Shown here: piece by piece, positions 7,933-18,874 of the stretch | Layout of the letters: each line of letters starts with the position of its first letter | How positions within the stretch are numbered: position 1 is the stretch's first letter | Translations under genes and position numbers: made by a program | Source of the DNA: Patescibacteria group bacterium | GTDB taxonomy: Bacteria > Patescibacteriota > Patescibacteriia > UM-FILTER-42-10 | Assembly (NCBI GenBank): GCA_041666845.1 | Contig: JBAYGC010000003.1 | Coordinates: forward strand, 25,007 to 89,006 | Direction: 5' to 3' | Length of the DNA: 64,000 nt | The notes under the pieces: model-generated | The model's database searches: none | What the model was told of the DNA's origin: nothing | What the model saw: only the letters and a program-made list of their open reading frames with translations

Positions 7933-10900
7933 ATGAACGCTAATCATTACAACTCGAACCCGAAGAAACGGGGGAAGTTTTATCGTGTCGTCAACATTAT
8001 TGTCATGACGGCTTTTTTATTTAATATGACCGCAACTCAGGGGCTTTTAATGCTGTCCCCTGCTCAAGCGCAGGCAACACAGGACAAATATACTCTGTGC
8101 CATGCTACAGGTAGCGATACTAACCCTTGGGTTAGGATTCATGTTCCAGAGTCTGCCTTACCCGCACACCTTGATGGAAATGGCACTCCCCTGGCAGGAC
8201 ATGAAGACGATGTATATTTAGGCTTGGATAATGCCGATCTACTGCAATGTCCCACACCACCAGTAAGCTGTCCGAATGTTTTTGGGGACAATTTTGAGAG
8301 TTATTCAGTAGGCACAATTCCATTACCCTGGTCGCAAAATTATGGGGTAACAATAGAAGATATAAATGGAACGCATGAAAAAATTGCAAAAATGAATTCC
8401 AGTGAAAGTCATGATGAAGAAAGAATGTGGACCACGATTGATACTTCAGGCCGTACTAATCTAAAACTGCGTTATGATCAAAAAACTGATGGTCTTGAAA
8501 GAAATGAGCAGGATGTTTTTACCTTAAAATACAAAATCAACAGTGAATCCAGTTGGAATGTATTGTACCAAACAGATGTTAATGACAGTTGGGATCATAT
8601 GGTCTTCAACTTACCTAATGCAAACCAAATCACTATTAGCTTTGGCCTACTAGGCACAAATGAAAACGATAAGGCGTTTGTTGATAATGTAACCTTATCC
8701 GGCTGTGTTGCAAACGTATGCGGTGACGAAACAGTTGGCGGTGACGAAGAATGCGATGATGGAAATGTAAATGACGGTGACGGATGCAGTGCAACTTGTA
8801 CTATTGAAACCTGCACTGACACAGATAATGATACAATCTGTGACGATATAGATAACTGCCCATCAATACCAAACCCAAGTCAAAACGATGCCGATGCTGA
8901 TGGTGTCGGTGATGCATGTGATATGTGCGCAGGTGCCGATGATGCATTAGATAATGAAGGTGATGGAATACCAAACGGTTGTGATAATTGTCCTTGGGAA
9001 CCAAACTGGGATCAAACAGACACAGATAACGATGGTGTAGGGGACGCGTGTGATGAACCGGTTTGCGGTGATGGCAATTTAGATGAACCACAAGAAGAAT
9101 GCGACGACGGAAATGGTGAAAATGGTGACGGATGTTCCGCACAATGTACATTAACCTATAATATCCAAGGACAGAAATGGAACGATGAAGACAATGACAG
9201 TTATTGGGATGATAATGAAAGTCCTCTTGCAGGAGTAGAGATAACATTAGATGGCGGAAATAGCGGAACAGTATACACAAATGCGAACGGTGAATACGAA
9301 TTTTCCGGTTTGCTTCCAAATAACTACACCGTTTGCGAAGTAGTTCAAGATGGATGGGAACAGTCGCTACCTGGCACGGGTTCAGGAGACTGTTACGAAA
9401 TAACACTGCCCGATGACGGTCAAACCACTTATAATTTTGGCAATCATCAGATAGATAATGTTACAATCGTCGCATATAAAATTGTCTGCACAGAAGAATC
9501 CGACCTACCTAACTGGGGAAATGGCGGAGAGAACATTACTGCGGCAACTGCCCAGAATTGGGTAGACAGCCACGATTCATGTGAATTTGAATCAGATTGG
9601 AATTTCCAATGGCGTGTAGATAGTGGCAACCCATACAATCCAGGCGATAATACTGGTGAATCTGTTGGCACCGATTGGACAACATTTGGTCTTACCGATG
9701 GAAATGGAATGACATCCACTGAAATTGATTTTGATCTCGCAGACAAATTTTGGTTCCGTGAAGTTATGCAGCCAGGATATATTCCTTTCACCTATAACGT
9801 TGCAGGAAATAACAGCAATAATGTTTCAGCCGAATTCTACTGCAGCTCAGATGTCTTAAACTATGACAACTTAGAATGGATTGATAATATGACTCCGGGC
9901 GAAACATATCATTGTGTTGCCTGGAACGTTCAAGCTCAACCGACTAAAGGTGACCTGACAATCTGTAAATACAATGATGTTGACAGCGATGGTGAATATT
10001 CCGACCTGATTGACACTCCTCTGCAATGGGAAATGAATGTTGAAGCTATGTCTGGAGTAGCGGATGGTAGTATTTGGGGTACCGGTACAAACAGCGAGAC
10101 CGGTTGTGTTACGCTTGCTGATATGTGGCTCGGAGAATATCGCGTCACTGAAACAGCTGTAGACGGTTGGTCACCAACCAATCCGGTAAGCGGAGATCAA
10201 TCAATAGAACTTACTGCCGAAAACCCAGATCAGACTGTTCGATTCCTAAACGAGCAGGTTTATGACCTGCATGGTTACAAATGGAATGATTTGGACGGTG
10301 ATAGATATCCTGATTGTAATCCGGTTAAAGGAGCTGAACTGACAACAGCCGCTACTCCCCCGCTGGATTGTGAACCAAGACTTTCAGGTTGGACAATCTT
10401 TATTGATGAAAATGAAAATGGAATTCTGGATGGCGAGGAACAGTCAACTATTACTTCAGATGATCCGGAACACTTAGGCTGGTATTGGTTCGAAGATCTC
10501 CCAGCCGGCGATTATCGTGTCTGTGAAGTACAGCAGTCTGACTGGGCACAAACCTATCCTCAAACCGCTGACGGCTGTCACACAGTAACACTCCCGACAA
10601 TGACCGAAGGTGACACCTGTATTTCAGAATATGCTCTCAATGGAGTAGATAACGCGCCTTCAATCTGTAACTTTGGTAATATTCACGACAAAGGCGATTT
10701 GACAATCGTTAAATACGATGATGATGAGAATCTGATGGCCGAAGTAGAATTCCAAATTGATGGTGAAACATACTGGACTAATGGTAATGGCGAAATCGTA
10801 CTAGAAGATATTTTGACCGGCTATCACATTGTAGAAGAAATGGGCATGGATAATTATACCTTTACATCTGTAACTGGTGATAATTGCACAAACAGCAATC

Positions 10901-13296
10901 CGTCAGCCGCAAATGTTGTGGAAGACGGAACAACCTGCACATTCACCAACACCCGCAATACTGGTGATGTGAGTGGTATGAAATATGAAGATTTGAACGG
11001 TAATGGAATCCGTGATTGCGCAATTCCTGCAAAAAGTCTTGGAATAATTAATGTAAATGATTCCGAAGATCCGGAAGTGTGTGAACCAGCGCTCCCCGGT
11101 TGGACAATCAATCTTGCTTTTAACGCATGTTCTGAAAACAGCTCTGACTACGACTTGAGCAATGATGGAGAACTAGATCTCTCAGACGTTGCTATGATGG
11201 CGCAGTATCTGGAAACACCAAATAATCCGCAGGGCGACATGAATGATGACGGTTTAACGAATCAAGCTGATTTCAATTGTTTTTCCGCCATATACACTGA
11301 CAGTTCTCTGCCGGCTATTGCTGATAAGTCTGACGTGACCGATGAAGATGGTACCTACAGCTTCAAAGGTCTGACCCCTGGATCTTACAACGTCTGGGAA
11401 ACACTAGATAATAATCCTGGCGATGCTCACGGGGGTTGGATTCAAACCAGTACGCCTGTTGTCCATACCGTATTAATCGGCGCCGGTGATGAAATAACCG
11501 GTGAAGACCAAAATTTCGGTAACCAATATGTCGGTTACTGCGGTGATGAGGTTGTGAACAATGGTGAAGAATGTGATTACAATAGTAGTTATGGAGTTCC
11601 TGAAAACTACCATTGTACTCAAGAGTGCCAATTGCAGGAAGATCCTTATTACTTAGTTGATGGTTATAAATATGAAGACTTAGATGGAAATGGCACTTGG
11701 AATGAAGCATATGAACAGCCACTAAACGGCTGGGAAATCTGTTATGCCTATGAACCATTGGACAGAGTAGAAGACATTGCATTCTCATTTGACTCCTTTG
11801 CGCTCGGAATTATGGAAGATACTGATAATTGCGTAATGACCGGCAGTGGCGAAGAATGGCCAGATGGTTATTATCAATTCAAATTCTACAACCCGGGGCA
11901 TGTTACTCTAACTGAAACACCACAGCCGGGATCTGGATATACCCAGACCGAACCTGTAGCCGGAGCACCTTGGGAAATAGAAATGGCGGAAAACCCTGAG
12001 TTACCGCAGTACAACTTCGGCAACCAGCCGGACTTCAGCGTTAATATTGAAAAATCAGCCAGCGTTACTACAATCGGACAAGCTGAGCAATTCGGTTATA
12101 CCATTAACTGGGGATTAACCGGGATAATAACTGCTGATCAAGTTATAATCACTGACACTCTACCCGCTGATGTTTCATTTGTCTCTGCAACAGACAGTGG
12201 AATTTATGACAGTGGTACGCATACCGTAGCTTGGACGCTCAATAATATTGCTCCGGGAACCACCGGTAGCTTCGGTGTAACTGTTCAAGCACTAAGTAAT
12301 GTGACTAACGGCGAGGAATTGTTAAATACCGTAGATATCTTGGGAACCAAATATCTGGAAGCTCCAGCCGAAGCCAGTGCATTAGCAGGTCCGGTACTTA
12401 CCAGAATTGACCGTTCCGACACAGCAAACGCAACTGTAACCGTAGTTGTTCCGGATGTTGCCGCTCCTCTACTGCAGATTACTAAAGATGCCAGCGTGGC
12501 TACGGCTGACGCCGGCGACACTGTAACCTATACTGTAGTCGTAACCAACGTTGGCTCTGCAAAAGCGGTAAATGTCATGGTTGATGATACCCTGCCTGCC
12601 GGAATGACCTTTGTGGACGGTGGCGGAACAACTGTGGCGTTAGTACTTGGTGATATTGAGATCGGGCAGTCCAAAACAACCACTTATGACGTGAAAATAG
12701 CGGATAACGCGACGTCCGGTTCTTATGAGAACTTAGCAGTCGCTTCTGCCGACAATCATGATGATATATCGGACTCCGCGATTGTCGAGGTTGAAAACCC
12801 GGTTGTTCTGGGTGAAACCACTGAAGCGGAATTGGCACTGATCAAAACCGCCGATGTTGAATACACCAACCCGGCCGGAACAGTGGAATACACGCTGACT
12901 GTAACCAATAACGGCACGGAAGACGCCCAAAATGTCGTCCTGACTGACCAATTACCGGACGGATTCGTATTTGAAGGCACAACTGATGTCGTAAAAGTGT
13001 GGAATTTCAGCACAATCGCTGTCGGTGCAGCCGAAACCGTTACCTATAAGGCAACCGTAAACGCTAACACTACAGCAGGAATGTACGAAAACGTGGCATT
13101 AGCCAAAGCGGACAATTCCGACGATGCCGGTGCTTCTGCTATAGTAGAAGTACGTGCCGTATCGGTCTTGGGTGCGCTGGTCGATACCGGTACCACCACC
13201 CGCGACTACCTCCTGTATATCGGCGGCGTGATGCTGGTGATCTCTGGAATCTGGTTTTTTACCAGAGAAAAGAACCTGTCACACCACTCCAAGTAG
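7933..13296 (+). CDS. Giant sortase-anchored surface protein 1 (Myxococcus Cys-rich repeats, TSP type-3 repeats, SdrD-B/CnaB-like domains, dockerin-like insert, DUF11 repeats)
   Basis: Signal peptide; [10 protein letters not shown]..GDGCSxxC; [12 protein letters not shown]; GxKWND..NFGN units; K..PG..V.YT..V.N repeats; C-terminal LVDTG + TM + basic tail. Confidence 0.85.
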   Translation: MNANHYNSNPKKRGKFYRVVNIIVMTAFLFNMTATQGLLMLSPAQAQATQDKYTLCHATGSDTNPWVRIHVPESALPAHLDGNGTPLAGHEDDVYLGLDNADLLQCPTPPVSCPNVFGDNFESYSVGTIPLPWSQNYGVTIEDINGTHEKIAKMNSSESHDEERMWTTIDTSGRTNLKLRYDQKTDGLERNEQDVFTLKYKINSESSWNVLYQTDVNDSWDHMVFNLPNANQITISFGLLGTNENDKAFVDNVTLSGCVANVCGDETVGGDEECDDGNVNDGDGCSATCTIETCTDTDNDTICDDIDNCPSIPNPSQNDADADGVGDACDMCAGADDALDNEGDGIPNGCDNCPWEPNWDQTDTDNDGVGDACDEPVCGDGNLDEPQEECDDGNGENGDGCSAQCTLTYNIQGQKWNDEDNDSYWDDNESPLAGVEITLDGGNSGTVYTNANGEYEFSGLLPNNYTVCEVVQDGWEQSLPGTGSGDCYEITLPDDGQTTYNFGNHQIDNVTIVAYKIVCTEESDLPNWGNGGENITAATAQNWVDSHDSCEFESDWNFQWRVDSGNPYNPGDNTGESVGTDWTTFGLTDGNGMTSTEIDFDLADKFWFREVMQPGYIPFTYNVAGNNSNNVSAEFYCSSDVLNYDNLEWIDNMTPGETYHCVAWNVQAQPTKGDLTICKYNDVDSDGEYSDLIDTPLQWEMNVEAMSGVADGSIWGTGTNSETGCVTLADMWLGEYRVTETAVDGWSPTNPVSGDQSIELTAENPDQTVRFLNEQVYDLHGYKWNDLDGDRYPDCNPVKGAELTTAATPPLDCEPRLSGWTIFIDENENGILDGEEQSTITSDDPEHLGWYWFEDLPAGDYRVCEVQQSDWAQTYPQTADGCHTVTLPTMTEGDTCISEYALNGVDNAPSICNFGNIHDKGDLTIVKYDDDENLMAEVEFQIDGETYWTNGNGEIVLEDILTGYHIVEEMGMDNYTFTSVTGDNCTNSNPSAANVVEDGTTCTFTNTRNTGDVSGMKYEDLNGNGIRDCAIPAKSLGIINVNDSEDPEVCEPALPGWTINLAFNACSENSSDYDLSNDGELDLSDVAMMAQYLETPNNPQGDMNDDGLTNQADFNCFSAIYTDSSLPAIADKSDVTDEDGTYSFKGLTPGSYNVWETLDNNPGDAHGGWIQTSTPVVHTVLIGAGDEITGEDQNFGNQYVGYCGDEVVNNGEECDYNSSYGVPENYHCTQECQLQEDPYYLVDGYKYEDLDGNGTWNEAYEQPLNGWEICYAYEPLDRVEDIAFSFDSFALGIMEDTDNCVMTGSGEEWPDGYYQFKFYNPGHVTLTETPQPGSGYTQTEPVAGAPWEIEMAENPELPQYNFGNQPDFSVNIEKSASVTTIGQAEQFGYTINWGLTGIITADQVIITDTLPADVSFVSATDSGIYDSGTHTVAWTLNNIAPGTTGSFGVTVQALSNVTNGEELLNTVDILGTKYLEAPAEASALAGPVLTRIDRSDTANATVTVVVPDVAAPLLQITKDASVATADAGDTVTYTVVVTNVGSAKAVNVMVDDTLPAGMTFVDGGGTTVALVLGDIEIGQSKTTTYDVKIADNATSGSYENLAVASADNHDDISDSAIVEVENPVVLGETTEAELALIKTADVEYTNPAGTVEYTLTVTNNGTEDAQNVVLTDQLPDGFVFEGTTDVVKVWNFSTIAVGAAETVTYKATVNANTTAGMYENVALAKADNSDDAGASAIVEVRAVSVLGALVDTGTTTRDYLLYIGGVMLVISGIWFFTREKNLSHHSK

Positions 13297-13315
13297 GCTA
13301 GAATCTTCGGACTTT

Positions 13316-13354
13316 AAACACCCCCACACCCATTAATGGGTTTGGGGGTGTTTT
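13316..13354 (+). terminator. Intrinsic terminator after surface protein 1
   Basis: AAACACCCCCA..TGGGGGTGTTTT stem. Confidence 0.75.
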
Positions 13355-13407
13355 GATTTACCGGATTAATCTACTTGCCAAAATTAGATGAAATATGGTC
13401 TAGCCTA

Positions 13408-13435
13408 TTGACAAAAAAACTGTAAACTGTAAGAT
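13408..13435 (+). promoter_or_regulatory. Putative sigma70 promoter for surface protein 2
   Basis: TTGACA-16-TAAGAT; implies a ~390-nt leader. Confidence 0.45.
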
Positions 13436-13706
13436 GTAGGAGCTATAAATAGTTCTTTAGGCGTTGCACATTATCATGGAGGAAGAACACGAGCTTATGC
13501 TAGTGTTTGGGGGGAATAGAAAACCAACAAAAGGTTATAAAAAAACCAAAATAAAAGAGTACTAGAAGCATACACCTTTGAAAATCGCTATATTTAGCGA
13601 ATTTGTAACTTGTTGTTGGTTTTTTGTATTCATAAAAAACCTTGCAAATTAGCACATTTAATATGAAATAATTCCCTCTTGATAGGGACTAGAAACAAGA
13701 ATAGTT

Positions 13707-13803
13707 CCTGAGCGCCTGTGGTGAGCACAGTCGAACCAAAGTCGAAGGACAATATAACAAATACTTCGACAGAGTTTATCCCGATGAATATCGGGACTCA
13801 GGG
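13707..13803. repeat. REP-like inverted pair with nested hairpins
   Basis: CCTGAGCG[..]AAGTCGAAGG and CTTCGAC[..TCCCGAT GAAT ATCGGGA]CTCAGG. Confidence 0.65.
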
Positions 13804-13833
13804 GATAATTAAAAAATAATTTACCAAAATACA

Positions 13834-16800
13834 ATGAAAATTAATCTACTACCTAAGAAGAAAGCGGTATGGAAAATGACCTATAAATCATTCCATATTG
13901 TTGCGTTAATTGCCCTAATATTTAATATGTCTTCAGTTGGGGTATTTTTTACCCCGAATACAGCTCTTGCTGCCGAAAAAACATCGGAAACAGTTGATAA
14001 AACCACCTGTGCGGAAGGTGAAAAATGCGAAGATACCGGCACAATCCTGATCAAAAAATTCCTGGATCTGGATAGGGATGGCGTTCGTGATACCAATGAA
14101 ACATTACTGCCAAACTGGCATTTTACTATTGTAAACGGTGCATATAGTACTGAAGGTGCTACCAACAGTGAAGGTGTGCTGACTCTACTTGATATGCCAA
14201 TTGGTACCTACCAGGTAACTGAAACACTGCAGCCGGGCTGGACTAATACCACACCCCTGACCCAGTCAGCAGTTGTTACGAAGGACAACACAACTATTCT
14301 GCATTTCGGTAATATTGAGCAACATATTGGAAACCTCAGAATCAAGAAATATAACGACTTAAACAGTGATGGCGTCAAACAGACAAACGAACCGTATATG
14401 ACCGGCTGGCATTTTGACGTTACACAAAACGGCCAATTTATTGCTGACGGTAATACCGGAGAAGACGGTGATTGGCTGATTATTGAAAACCTGCCGGTTG
14501 GAATATATACAGTTACAGAAACCCAGCAGGACGGGTGGATAAATACTGATCCGGGCACCAACCCAATCAAGAAAGATGTTAATGTTACAGAAAATACTAT
14601 TACATATCCCACAAATGTGTGGTTCGGTAATGCTGAAATTCCAGGCGAATGCAAATTGGAAATAACAAAATCAGTAAATAAGACCGAAGCAGAGCCTGGC
14701 GATACGCTGGAATACACTTTGTCCTATGAAAACGTCGGAACAGCAGACTGCACCGGTGGTGGAGTACAGCTTTTTGACAATCTGGACAGCAGGCTGACAT
14801 ACAACGGCACTCACTCACAGGATAATACCGATCATGATATAACCTTTGAAGGTAATTTTGACGGAACTGATCCGGTAGCCAATGCACACGTGGTCAGTCC
14901 GGGCGAATCCGGTCATGTCACATTTCAGGCAACTATCACTGAAGATCTGAAGTGCGGTGAAAATAATATTCCGAATAAATACAGAATCTGGAGCAATGAA
15001 ACCGGTGATATCTGGAGCAATGAAGTGAACACAAGCGTTTACAAAGAATGCTACGGATCACTGAAAGTTATCAAGCATGTTGATTTCGGTGAAGCAACAC
15101 CTGATATGTGGGAATTTACAGTTCCGGGATACGGAACCCAGTCCCCTATTGACGGTCAAGATTATGTGATCTTCTCCCAGCTTCCTGAAGGACTATACTC
15201 AGCAACAGAAAGCACAATCCCCGGTTACCATCAGGTATCTTCTACCTGCAACAACGTACAGGTAAACCCGGGCGAACAGGCAGAATGCGTCTTCCACAAT
15301 ACCAAGGATACTTTCTGCAAAATGAATTTCACAAAATCTGTTGATAAAGAAAATGCATTACCAGGCGATGTCGTTACCTATACTCTGAATTATGAAAACA
15401 CCGGCGACGCAGACTGCACCGGTGGTGGCGTGAAAATATATGATGATCTGGATAATAAATTAACCTATGTCGATAATTCTCTTACCGGTAATGAATACAA
15501 CGGTAATGGCGACGGAATATCTCTGTTCGAAGAATTCGACGGCGTTAATCCGCTGGCCAACGCACATGAAGTAATCCCCGGTGAATCGGGTGTCATTACC
15601 TTCCAGGCAACAATTACCGATGATTTGGAATGCGGTGAAACCATCATCCCGAACAAAGCCAAACTCTGGAGTAATGAAACAGGGTATTTCTGGAGTAATG
15701 AAGTAAACACAACTGTCTTCAATCAATGCTACGGATCGTTGAAGGTAATCAAATACGTGGATGAAGGCGATGCAACTCCTGATATGTGGGACTTCACGAT
15801 TGCCGAACACGGGACACTGTCCCCTGCTGAAGGCGATAACTATGTTGTCTTCACACAGATGCCGGAAGGATTCTATGCGGCATCAGAGAGCAATCTGGCG
15901 GGCTACCACCAGGTATCCTCAACCTGCGATAATGTTGAAGTTATCACTGGCCAACAGGCGGTTTGCGAAATCCACAACACAGTTGATCACTATGATATTA
16001 ACGGATACAAATGGAACGATCTGAACGGCAACGGTGAATGGGATCAGAGTGAACCGGGAAAATCCGGTTGGACAATCAATCTGAATACTTTTGAAGGAAC
16101 CCTTCTGGATTCAACCGTTACCTCAGATAATAACGAAGATCTTGGTCACTATGAATTCTCCGATTTACTACCTGGCATCTACCAGGTTTGCGAAGCGCAA
16201 AGTGAAGGCTGGTACCAGACCTATCCGTCCGAAAACAACGGCTGCCATTTTATCTACCTCGGACCAAATGCCGATAATGAAGTAATGTCCTATAACTTCG
16301 GTAACACTGGTTATGGTGAAATTTCCGGAGCAAAATTTGACGATGCCAATGGTAATCACATCTGGGATACCGGCGAACCGGGACTGGAAGACTGGACCAT
16401 AGCGCTCCAATCCAGCTGTTCTGAAGTATTTGCTGACTACGACTTAGAATCTGATTCGGTAATCAACCTGTCAGATGTAAGCCTGTTTGCTGAAAAATAC
16501 GCCCTAGGCAATACACTAGTTGATCTAAACGGTGATGCGGTCGTGAATAACTATGACCTTAACTGCTTCAAAAACGTACTCAGCGCGACCCCGGAAACTA
16601 TGACGGAAAATCCGATCATTACAAAGACAACTGATGCTAGCGGTTATTATCAATTTACCGGTTTGGAAACAGGCGCGTACAATGTATCTGAAGTACAGCA
16701 GACCGGCTGGGCACAAACATTCCCAGAGAGTAACGGAGGCGCTTACGGACCGATTGTTATTACTTCCGGAAAAGTATCAACCGATAATGACTTCGGTAAC

Positions 16801-17691
16801 CGAAGAATCCCGACTAAAGTAAAAGACCCGATCCTGACGATTACCAAAGATGTCAATGTTGCATTCGCCAATCCAGAAGATACTGTTAAATACACCGTGG
16901 TTGTATCCAATATTGGTGAAGCGACAGCTATCAACGTAGTAATGACCGACGTCCTACCAAAAGGATTAACCTATCCGGAAGGCGGCACAACCAAAACTTT
17001 CTCACTGGGTGACATCGAACCGGGTAAATCCGTAACCAAGACTTACGACGCAGTTGTTGGTAAAGACACTAAAAAGGGAAATTATGTAAATACCGCCACT
17101 GCTAAAGCTGATAATCATGATGAAGTATCCGACGACGCTACGTTGGAAGTCAGGATTCCTGAAGTCAAAGGTGAAACCACGCCGGAACTGGAAATTACAA
17201 AAGAAGTAAATGTTGAATTCGCCAATCCCGGTGACGTAATCTCCTACACCATTACTGTAAAGAACGTTGGCGATGGCGAGGCAATCAATGTTATACTGAC
17301 TGACAGACTACCTGAAGGATTCGTCTATGACGGAACAGATGAAGTGGTTAAAGTATGGAACCTGGGCGATATGGCGCCGAATGCTGTAAAAACAATAACT
17401 TACGCGGTAAAAGTACAAAGCAATGTAACTGCCGGTGTCTACGAAAACCTGGCAGTAGTAGGAGCGGATAATGCTGCTGATAAATCAGCAAAAGCAGATG
17501 TGGAAGTAAGATTAATTTCAGTATTAGGCGCTGACTTGCCTGATACCGGAACCTCCACAATTGATTATCTGTACTACCTAATTGGAATAGTCACATTCAT
17601 TCTTGGCTTATGGACAATACAGCGAAAAAATTCCGGGAAATCAATCGGAAAGCAAATAAGCGCAATCCAAACTCTCGCAAGAAAGCGGTAA
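13834..17691 (+). CDS. Giant sortase-anchored surface protein 2 (SdrD-B/CnaB-like and DUF11 domains, dockerin-like insert)
   Basis: Signal peptide; internal tandem duplication; C-terminal LPDTG + TM + basic tail. Confidence 0.87.
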   Translation: MKINLLPKKKAVWKMTYKSFHIVALIALIFNMSSVGVFFTPNTALAAEKTSETVDKTTCAEGEKCEDTGTILIKKFLDLDRDGVRDTNETLLPNWHFTIVNGAYSTEGATNSEGVLTLLDMPIGTYQVTETLQPGWTNTTPLTQSAVVTKDNTTILHFGNIEQHIGNLRIKKYNDLNSDGVKQTNEPYMTGWHFDVTQNGQFIADGNTGEDGDWLIIENLPVGIYTVTETQQDGWINTDPGTNPIKKDVNVTENTITYPTNVWFGNAEIPGECKLEITKSVNKTEAEPGDTLEYTLSYENVGTADCTGGGVQLFDNLDSRLTYNGTHSQDNTDHDITFEGNFDGTDPVANAHVVSPGESGHVTFQATITEDLKCGENNIPNKYRIWSNETGDIWSNEVNTSVYKECYGSLKVIKHVDFGEATPDMWEFTVPGYGTQSPIDGQDYVIFSQLPEGLYSATESTIPGYHQVSSTCNNVQVNPGEQAECVFHNTKDTFCKMNFTKSVDKENALPGDVVTYTLNYENTGDADCTGGGVKIYDDLDNKLTYVDNSLTGNEYNGNGDGISLFEEFDGVNPLANAHEVIPGESGVITFQATITDDLECGETIIPNKAKLWSNETGYFWSNEVNTTVFNQCYGSLKVIKYVDEGDATPDMWDFTIAEHGTLSPAEGDNYVVFTQMPEGFYAASESNLAGYHQVSSTCDNVEVITGQQAVCEIHNTVDHYDINGYKWNDLNGNGEWDQSEPGKSGWTINLNTFEGTLLDSTVTSDNNEDLGHYEFSDLLPGIYQVCEAQSEGWYQTYPSENNGCHFIYLGPNADNEVMSYNFGNTGYGEISGAKFDDANGNHIWDTGEPGLEDWTIALQSSCSEVFADYDLESDSVINLSDVSLFAEKYALGNTLVDLNGDAVVNNYDLNCFKNVLSATPETMTENPIITKTTDASGYYQFTGLETGAYNVSEVQQTGWAQTFPESNGGAYGPIVITSGKVSTDNDFGNRRIPTKVKDPILTITKDVNVAFANPEDTVKYTVVVSNIGEATAINVVMTDVLPKGLTYPEGGTTKTFSLGDIEPGKSVTKTYDAVVGKDTKKGNYVNTATAKADNHDEVSDDATLEVRIPEVKGETTPELEITKEVNVEFANPGDVISYTITVKNVGDGEAINVILTDRLPEGFVYDGTDEVVKVWNLGDMAPNAVKTITYAVKVQSNVTAGVYENLAVVGADNAADKSAKADVEVRLISVLGADLPDTGTSTIDYLYYLIGIVTFILGLWTIQRKNSGKSIGKQISAIQTLARKR

Positions 17692-18260
17692 GAATTAGTG
17701 CGTTTATTGCGATTGGAGTTGGGGTAGTTATACTAGCTTATCCTTTTATCCCCTCCGTCCGGTTCCTACTGTTCCCGCCAAAAATCAATCCGCAAGTAAT
17801 TGATGATTCAAAAGAACTGGTTTCGGGACTACCGCTGTCAGCAGATAAACAAATCAGCGAAGACTATTCCGGCAATCGGCTAATTATTCCTAAGATAGGA
17901 GTAAATGCCAAGGTAGTCGAAGGCGAAAACGATCAGGCACTGCTTAGGGGCGCGTGGCGCATGCCACAGACCTCCACTCCTGATAAGGGGGGTAATACGG
18001 TCATTACCGGCCATCGTTTCCGTTTCCGGCCACCAAACAACACAACTTTCTATTTACTCGACAAGCTTGAGCAAGGCGACAAAATAGCTGTTGTTTGGGA
18101 AGGAAAAGAGTACTATTACCGGGTAATCGAAACCAAAGTAGTAACCCCGGACCAGGTGGAAGTGATTAACGCCACCAATGACCCGATCCTTACTCTATTT
18201 ACCTGTACTCCCCTGTTTACCTCCCAGAAAAGGCTGGTTGTCATCAGTGAGCTGATCTAA
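17610..18260 (+). CDS. Sortase
   Basis: N-terminal TM; LIIPKIGV, GNTVITGHR, TLFTC, KRLVV (His/Cys/Arg triad). Confidence 0.93.
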   Translation: MDNTAKKFREINRKANKRNPNSRKKAVRISAFIAIGVGVVILAYPFIPSVRFLLFPPKINPQVIDDSKELVSGLPLSADKQISEDYSGNRLIIPKIGVNAKVVEGENDQALLRGAWRMPQTSTPDKGGNTVITGHRFRFRPPNNTTFYLLDKLEQGDKIAVVWEGKEYYYRVIETKVVTPDQVEVINATNDPILTLFTCTPLFTSQKRLVVISELI

Positions 18261-18285
18261 TCTCAGCAAAATATTACCTAAATTA

Positions 18286-18314
18286 CAACAGTCCCGCATC
18301 CGCGGGACTGTTTT
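18286..18314 (+). terminator. Terminator after sortase
   Basis: AACAGTCCCGC-ATCC-GCGGGACTGTTTT. Confidence 0.7.
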
Positions 18315-18360
18315 GGTTTTAGATCTTATCTCAACCTCAATTAATCGGTTCGGGGGTTGA

Positions 18361-18388
18361 CCCCGTTAGAGGATTTCCTCTAACGGGG
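18361..18388. mobile_element. Minimal copy of the CCCGTTAGA element at a -35 box
   Basis: ttga-CCCCGTTAGAGG ATTT CCTCTAACGGGG-ttga. Confidence 0.6.
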
Positions 18389-18417
18389 TTGACAAATATT
18401 TTATTATATGGTAATAT
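18389..18417 (+). promoter_or_regulatory. Sigma70 promoter of the response regulator-CAP operon
   Basis: TTGACA-17-TAATAT with extended TG. Confidence 0.65.
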
Positions 18418-18470
18418 TGATTGTTGAATCAAAATAACGTAATATTAAAGTACGTTAATAAATAACTTTA

Positions 18471-18848
18471 ATGTACATGGTCAAAAAAAAGATATTAGTT
18501 ATTGAAGACGAACGGCCGCTTTTAAATGCCCTTTCAGCAAAACTCCAAGTGGAAGGGTTCGAAGTAATTGAAGCGGAAAATGGGGAGTTGGGCCTAAAAC
18601 TAGCTCTGAGTAAACAGCCGGATCTGATTCTCTTAGATATAATTCTGCCGAAGATGGATGGTATAACAGTACTGGAGCATTTGCGAGAAAATACCTGGGG
18701 TAAAACCGCAAAAGTAATTATTCTTTCTAACTTGAATGACTGGAATAATACCAGTTCCGCAGTGAATCTCAATGTTCACGACTATCTGGTAAAGTCAGAC
18801 TGGCAGATAAAAGATGTCATTAAAAAGGTAAAAAGTAAACTTAAGTAA
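18471..18848 (+). CDS. Stand-alone response regulator receiver protein
   Basis: ILVIEDE, PDLILLDIILPKMDG, IILSN, DYLVK. Confidence 0.92.
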   Translation: MYMVKKKILVIEDERPLLNALSAKLQVEGFEVIEAENGELGLKLALSKQPDLILLDIILPKMDGITVLEHLRENTWGKTAKVIILSNLNDWNNTSSAVNLNVHDYLVKSDWQIKDVIKKVKSKLK

Positions 18849-18874
18849 TATATTTTTAGATCAAGCTGAACGTA

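Noticed and set aside
7933-17691. Diversity-generating retroelement acting on the surface proteins
   Set aside because: No reverse transcriptase and no template/variable pair differing only at adenines was seen
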